Assembly (NCBI GenBank): GCA_034667725.1
Contig: JAXDQS010000003.1
Coordinates: forward strand, 512,001 to 576,000
Direction of reading: 5' to 3'
DNA length: 64,000 nucleotides
Origin: Thermoplasmata archaeon
GTDB lineage: Archaea > Thermoplasmatota > E2 > JACPAO01 > JAHFTW01
Of this stretch, positions 59,386 to 64,000 are shown piece after piece. The notes beneath the pieces are model-generated. The model was given only the letters and a program-made list of their open reading frames with translations. It was not told the origin of the DNA and did no database searches. How positions within the stretch are numbered: position 1 is the first letter of the stretch; every line of letters starts with the position of its first letter. Made by a program: the position numbers and the translations under genes.

Positions 59386-60473
59386 GGCTGCAGCTCTGCG
59401 TCGAGTGCGGCCGGGACGTCCCCGAGACCATCGGCGGCGCCTGCCCCGACTGCTTCGTCGCCAAGCAACCGCTTCTGATGGTGCCCGAGGTGCTGGACGT
59501 GGAGACCTGCGCCCACTGCGACGCCCGCCACGTCGGCAACTCCTGGATCGACCCGGACGAGGGCGTGCCCTTGGAGGAGATTCGCGAGGAGGCGCTCCGG
59601 GCCGCCGTGCGCGTGCACGAGCGGGTCCGCGACGCCCACGTCGAGCTGGCCTGCTCGCCGCAGGACGAGCGCCACTTCCGGTTCGACGTGACACTCACCG
59701 GCAACGTCGAAGGCGCCGCGGTCCACGACGCCCGCAAGGTGCTGGTGCGGATGCGCCGCAGCGTGTGCGACCGCTGCAGCCGCATGTTCGGCGGCTACTA
59801 CGCGGCCGTGCTGCAGTTCCGCGCCACCCAGCGCGACGTCACCCGGCACGAGCTGGAGCGGGCCCACAAGGTGGTCGGCGACGAGCTGGACCGGATGCGC
59901 GCCTCCGGCCACCGCGACGCGTTCCTGACGAAGTCCGGCCCCGTCCCCGGCGGCTTCGACTACTACTTGGGCGACATCGAGGCGGCCCGCATCATCTCCC
60001 GCCAAGTGGCCTCCCGCCTGGGCGCCACCGTCGTCGAGACCGCCAAGCTGGCCGGCCGCAAGGAGGGGGAGGACATCTACCGCGTCACCTTCCTGGTGCG
60101 CATCCAACTCTACGCCCCCGGCGACTTCGCGCGCATCGGCGACGACCGCATCGTGCAGGTCCACAGCGTCGACCGCGGCCGCGCCGTCGTGTGGGACCTG
60201 GCGACCCACAAGCGCGACAAGGTGTCCGAGGAGAGCCTCCGACGCCTGGGCGGCCAAGAAATCCTCCTGGAGGCCGTCCTGGTGAGCCAAGACCCGGCCC
60301 ATCTGCAAGTCCTCGACCCCGTCAGCCTCCAGACCGTGGACCTGGTCCGCCCCGAAGGCTTCGAGGTCCACGGCGCCACCATCTTGGTGCTGCGCCACGA
60401 GGAACGCCTCTACCTCCCGCCCAGCAGCGGAAACGGGCCAAGCGACCCAAAAACCCCTGCCTCCACGGCATAG
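59382..60473 (+). CDS. NMD3-family ribosome biogenesis protein
   Basis: Four CxxC pairs, GGYYAAVLQFR, GGFDYY, YRVTFLVR. Confidence 0.9.
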   Translation: MRLQLCVECGRDVPETIGGACPDCFVAKQPLLMVPEVLDVETCAHCDARHVGNSWIDPDEGVPLEEIREEALRAAVRVHERVRDAHVELACSPQDERHFRFDVTLTGNVEGAAVHDARKVLVRMRRSVCDRCSRMFGGYYAAVLQFRATQRDVTRHELERAHKVVGDELDRMRASGHRDAFLTKSGPVPGGFDYYLGDIEAARIISRQVASRLGATVVETAKLAGRKEGEDIYRVTFLVRIQLYAPGDFARIGDDRIVQVHSVDRGRAVVWDLATHKRDKVSEESLRRLGGQEILLEAVLVSQDPAHLQVLDPVSLQTVDLVRPEGFEVHGATILVLRHEERLYLPPSSGNGPSDPKTPASTA

Positions 60474-60524
60474 GTCCATATACCACCCCCACCAAACGAT
60501 GTGCTGTTCAGGAGCGATTTTCGC

Positions 60525-60914
60525 GTGACCCAACGGATTCTCACCCTCGAAGACTTGGCGATGGCCGTCAGCAACCGCATTGGCATCGAGGAGGAGGACG
60601 CGATGCGCGACGCGAACTTCGTCATGGACATCTTCGGCTTCGACGACCGCGTCATCGACAACGTCCTGGAGCCCGAGGACCGCCAGCTGTTCTACATCCT
60701 CGAGGAGGAGGGCATGCTCACGACCGAGCGCGAGGAGACGACCCTCTACGACGGCCGCGAATGGCGCACCCACTACTGGCTGTTCAAGCGCAACCAGGTC
60801 TTCCTCATGTCGGAGGAGGAGCGCGAGGTCCGCCGCCGCAAGAAGGCGCAGCCCACGGAAGCCACGATCTACGCCCAGATTCCTGAGGAAGCCTGGGCAA
60901 GCCGGCAAATCTAG
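60525..60914 (+). CDS. DUF6015-like conserved archaeal protein
   Basis: FGFDDRVIDNVLEPEDRQLFYILEEEG..TTEREE.TLYDGREWR.HYW. Confidence 0.78.
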   Translation: MTQRILTLEDLAMAVSNRIGIEEEDAMRDANFVMDIFGFDDRVIDNVLEPEDRQLFYILEEEGMLTTEREETTLYDGREWRTHYWLFKRNQVFLMSEEEREVRRRKKAQPTEATIYAQIPEEAWASRQI

Positions 60915-61009
60915 GCGACGCCTTTGGCACCGCCCGATTTGAGCGGAGCGCGCAGGCCCCCGAGCGCAGCGATGGGGCCCGCGATGCGAAGCGAGCGGCG
61001 CCTATCTAG
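60909..61009 (+). repeat. Hairpin insert with three GC-GNA-GC loops, flanked by ATCTAG (last codon plus stop) repeats
   Basis: ATCTAG at 60909-60914 and 61004-61009. CGATGCGAAGCGAG is shared with the insert at 38338-38351 (reverse complement). Confidence 0.65.
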
Positions 61010-61013
61010 CGGC

Positions 61014-61235
61014 TTACCCTTCGTAGATGATGCAGCTTCCGTTGGGGCCGCCCAGGTAGAGGACGCACAGGCCGAGCGCCGTCTCGTGGTAGCAGGCCGT
61101 GTGGATGGTGGCCCGGCAGTAGCCGCCGTTCTCGTAGATGGTCTGCGAGTCCGACGACACGGGGGCCACCGCATCCGCAGGGACCGCGAAGGCCAGCAGT
61201 CCGAGGGCAAGCGTCAGCGTGAGGGCGAGGCGCAT
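61014..61235 (-). CDS. Small secreted 4-Cys peptide
   Basis: 73 aa, signal peptide ending ADA, 4 Cys. Confidence 0.65.
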   Translation of the reverse strand: MRLALTLTLALGLLAFAVPADAVAPVSSDSQTIYENGGYCRATIHTACYHETALGLCVLYLGGPNGSCIIYEG

Positions 61236-61398
61236 AGGGACGGAGCGGCCAGCCCCTTTGAAGACCCTTGCGGGCTTCGTTTTCCATCGCCGGGACTCGC
61301 CAAAGTCATGGCATTGCGCCTGATTTCGCCGGCAATCTGCCATCTGACTGCGCTTTCCGCCCAAACCTTCATGTAGGCGCCACCGTGAGGCGCAGCCC

Positions 61399-61581
61399 AT
61401 GGCAACCCTGGCCACGACCCGCCCCGAATGCACCGAGTGCAGCGCCGCCATCCCCGCCACCCCGCAGCTTCCGGGCGAGATCCTGGACTGCCCCGACTGC
61501 GGCGCCGAACTGGAGGTCCGCAGCCTCACCCCGCTCGTCCTTGCCCTCGCGCCCGCCGTCGAGGAAGACTGGGGCGAGTAA
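61399..61581 (+). CDS. lysW: Amino-group carrier protein LysW
   Basis: CTEC...CPDCG and C-terminal EDWGE. Confidence 0.96.
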   Translation: MATLATTRPECTECSAAIPATPQLPGEILDCPDCGAELEVRSLTPLVLALAPAVEEDWGE

Positions 61582-61582
61582 G

Positions 61583-62449
61583 GTGCCCCGCATCGGGATG
61601 GTCTACTCCCGGCTCCGGAACGACGAGAAGATGCTCCTGGAGGCCGCCCAGAAGCGGGGCGTCGAGATCGTCCCCATCTTCGATGACGACACGGTCCTGG
61701 ACGTCCACGAACGCCCCTGGGACGTCGACGTGGTGCTGGAGCGCAGCATCAGCTTCTACCGCGGCCTCTACATCCTGAAGTTCCTCGCCGTCCACGGCGT
61801 CCCGGCGGTCAACCATTACGACGTGGCGGCCCGCTGCGGCGACAAGGCCGAGACCTCCCTCCTCCTGGCCCGCGCCGGCGTGCCGACGCCCCGCACCAAG
61901 GTCGCCTTCACCCGCGAGGCCGCCCTCAAGGCGTGCGCCGAGCTGGGCTACCCGGCCGTCCTCAAGCCGACCATGGGCTCCTGGGCCCGCTTGCTGGCCA
62001 AGGTGGACGACGCCGAGCAGGCCGACATGGTGTTGGAGCACAAGGAGGCGCTCGCCAACCCGCTGCAGCAAATCTACTACATCCAGGAGTACGTCGCGAA
62101 GCCCGCCGGCAGCGACCCGGCCTTGCCGCACCGCGACATCCGGGCCTTCGTGGTCGGCGACCAGACCATCGCGGCCATCCATCGCAGCTCGCCCCACTGG
62201 ATCACCAACACCGCCAAGGGCGGCCAGGCCAGCAACTGCCCCGTCACGCCCGAATTGCACGAGCTGTGCCAGAAAGCGGCGGCCAGTGTCGGCGGCGGCG
62301 TCCTTGCCCTCGACCTCATGGAGACCCCCGCCGGCTTGGTGTGCCACGAGATCAACCACACGATGGAGTTCAAGAACAGCGTCGCGCCCACCGGCGTCGA
62401 CATCCCGGGCAAGATCCTGGAGTTTTGCGTGCGCGAGGCGAAACGATGA
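61583..62449 (+). CDS. lysX: LysW ligase (ATP-grasp)
   Basis: EKMLLE, CGDK, LKP..GSWARL, YIQEYV, HEINHTMEFKN. Follows lysW. Confidence 0.94.
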   Translation: MPRIGMVYSRLRNDEKMLLEAAQKRGVEIVPIFDDDTVLDVHERPWDVDVVLERSISFYRGLYILKFLAVHGVPAVNHYDVAARCGDKAETSLLLARAGVPTPRTKVAFTREAALKACAELGYPAVLKPTMGSWARLLAKVDDAEQADMVLEHKEALANPLQQIYYIQEYVAKPAGSDPALPHRDIRAFVVGDQTIAAIHRSSPHWITNTAKGGQASNCPVTPELHELCQKAAASVGGGVLALDLMETPAGLVCHEINHTMEFKNSVAPTGVDIPGKILEFCVREAKR

Positions 62450-62465
62450 CGCTGGCGCGCATCGG

Positions 62466-62526
62466 ACCACGGATGCCCCGAATCGCACGGAACCCATTGG
62501 TCCGTGAAATCCGGGCAATCCGTGGT
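62466..62526. repeat. 9-bp-periodic CACGGA/TCCGTG palindromic element, copy 3
   Basis: accacggatgccccgaatcgcacgga-acccattgg-tccgtgaaatccgggcaatccgtggt, between lysX and lysY. Confidence 0.88.
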
Positions 62527-62555
62527 TGGGCAGGAAGCGGCCGGGAGGCCCTTCC

Positions 62556-63599
62556 ATGACCACCGTGAGCATCCTCGGCGCCTCCGGCTACACCGGCGGC
62601 GAGCTCCTTCGCCTGCTGCTCCAGCATCCTGGTGTCGAGGTCAAAGGCGCCACCAGCGCGCAGTTCGCAGGCGAGTACCTCCACAAGGCGCACCCGAACC
62701 TCCGGGGCAGGACCACGCTCAAGTTCGTGGCGCGCCACGAGCTGCCCGACGCCGACGTCGTCTTCACCTGCGTGCCGCACGGCGCCGCCATGGCGGTCGT
62801 GCCGGGCCTCGTGGAGAAAGGGGTCAAAGTCATCGACCTGTCCGCCGACTTCCGTCTCAAGGACCCGAAGGCCTACGAGCATTGGTATGGCGCGTCCCAC
62901 AAGGCCCCCGACCTCCTGGCCAAGGCCGCCTACGGCTTGCCCGAGGTCAACCGCGAGGCGATTCGCGGCGCCCAACTGGTGAGCGGCGTCGGCTGCACCG
63001 CGACCGCCATCAACCTCGCGCTCCACCCGCTGGCCAAGGCCGGCCTGCTCCGCACGGGCCCGGCGGTCTGCGACATCAAGATCGGCAGCAGCGCCTCGGG
63101 GCTGGAGGCGACCATCGGCAGCATCCACGCGGAGCGCAGCCGCGCCATCCGCCTCTACGCGCCGACCCGCCACCGCCACGTCGCCGAGGTCCAGCAGGCG
63201 CTCGCCCTCCAAGGCGCCACCACGGCGATCCACTACTCGGCCCACGCCGTCGAGCTGGTGCGCGGCATCCTCGCCACCTGCCACGCCTTCGTGGAGCGCG
63301 ACGTCACCGAGAAGGAATTGTGGCAAGCGTACCGCGGCGCCTTCGGGTCGGAGCCGTTCGTCCGCTTCGTCAAGGAGCGCACCGGCATCCACCGCGTCCC
63401 CGACCCCAAGCTCGTGGCGGGCAGCAATTACGCCGACCTGGGCTTCGAGTTGGAGGAAGGCACCCGCCGCGTCGTCGCCACCGCCGCCATCGACAACCTC
63501 GTCAAGGGCGCCGCCGGCTCGGCGGTCCAGTGCATGAACCTGATGCTGGGCCTCGACGAGACCACGGGCCTCATGCAGATCCCGCTCCACCCGGTGTGA
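62556..63599 (+). CDS. lysY: [LysW]-aminoadipyl-phosphate reductase
   Basis: GASGYTGGELLRLL, DLSADFR, GCTATA, IDNLVKGAAG. Located in the lysWX cluster. Confidence 0.9.
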   Translation: MTTVSILGASGYTGGELLRLLLQHPGVEVKGATSAQFAGEYLHKAHPNLRGRTTLKFVARHELPDADVVFTCVPHGAAMAVVPGLVEKGVKVIDLSADFRLKDPKAYEHWYGASHKAPDLLAKAAYGLPEVNREAIRGAQLVSGVGCTATAINLALHPLAKAGLLRTGPAVCDIKIGSSASGLEATIGSIHAERSRAIRLYAPTRHRHVAEVQQALALQGATTAIHYSAHAVELVRGILATCHAFVERDVTEKELWQAYRGAFGSEPFVRFVKERTGIHRVPDPKLVAGSNYADLGFELEEGTRRVVATAAIDNLVKGAAGSAVQCMNLMLGLDETTGLMQIPLHPV

Positions 63600-63601
63600 C
63601 C

Positions 63602-64000
63602 ATGGTGCTCGTCGTCAAGCTCGGAGGAGGCGCGAGCCTCGACATCGACGCGGTGCTGCGCGACCTGGCCACCCTGGCGGAGCCCTGGATCCTGGTCCAT
63701 GGCGGCAACGCGGAGTTGACGGAGTTGTCCACCAGGCTCGGCCACGCGCCCCGCTTCGTCACGTCGCCCAGCGGCTACTCGTCGCGCGTCACCGACCTCG
63801 ACACCATCGCGGACATCCAGCGTGCCTACCGCGGTCGCATCAACAACGACCTGGTGCTGCGGCTGCAACGGCTCGGCGTCAACGCGGTCGGCTTGTCCGG
63901 CGTCGACGGCAAGCTGCTGGAGGCCGAGCGCAAGGAGGCCATCCGCGTGGTGGAGAACGGCCGCAAGTTCCTGCTCCGGGACGACTACACCGGCAGGGTG
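63602..64000 (+). CDS. lysZ: [LysW]-aminoadipate kinase (runs off the window)
   Basis: Manual translation: MVLVVKLGGG...LVHGG...FVTSPSGYSSRVTD...GLSGVDG...DYTGRV. Confidence 0.92.
   Translation, partial: MVLVVKLGGGASLDIDAVLRDLATLAEPWILVHGGNAELTELSTRLGHAPRFVTSPSGYSSRVTDLDTIADIQRAYRGRINNDLVLRLQRLGVNAVGLSGVDGKLLEAERKEAIRVVENGRKFLLRDDYTGRV

Overview
High-GC (about 70% by eye) archaeal chromosomal segment. Archaeal markers are TpiA, AK6, MCM, Hef, NMD3, UPF0147, DUF357/DUF424 and the LysW pathway. Thermoplasmatota is my inference from the DUF6015-like gene and the overall gene set. The window is mostly housekeeping: tpiA, asnS, purC, trxB, metG, glyA, dinB, uppS, lipA/lipB, a 2-oxoacid dehydrogenase operon, argCJBD plus argGHF around an ACT-domain gene, herA, hef, mcm, nmd3 and lysWXYZ. 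It also has several secreted or surface proteins, one AT-rich foreign gene and a serine recombinase. I found no tRNA, rRNA or CRISPR array. The most unusual signal is non-coding. Short (about 70-260 bp) hairpin-rich inserts sit right after the stop codons of unrelated genes and are followed by a second, sometimes third, copy of that gene's 3' end. The copies differ almost only at synonymous positions. At two loci 32 kb apart, a shared 27-bp end motif (GCAACATGCCGGCTGGGTTYGCAGCCG) lies against the duplicated tail. The inserts carry GC-GNA-GC mini-hairpins and 9-bp-periodic CACGGA/TCCGTG hairpins. This looks like a non-autonomous, tail-replacing mobile system whose enzyme is not in the window. 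Other notable items are a HerA ATPase fused to an EndoIII-type [4Fe-4S] module, a signal-peptide-bearing tail-fibre-like repeat protein, an AsnRS with an about 77-aa insert, and a candidate arginine operator paired with an ACT-domain regulator.
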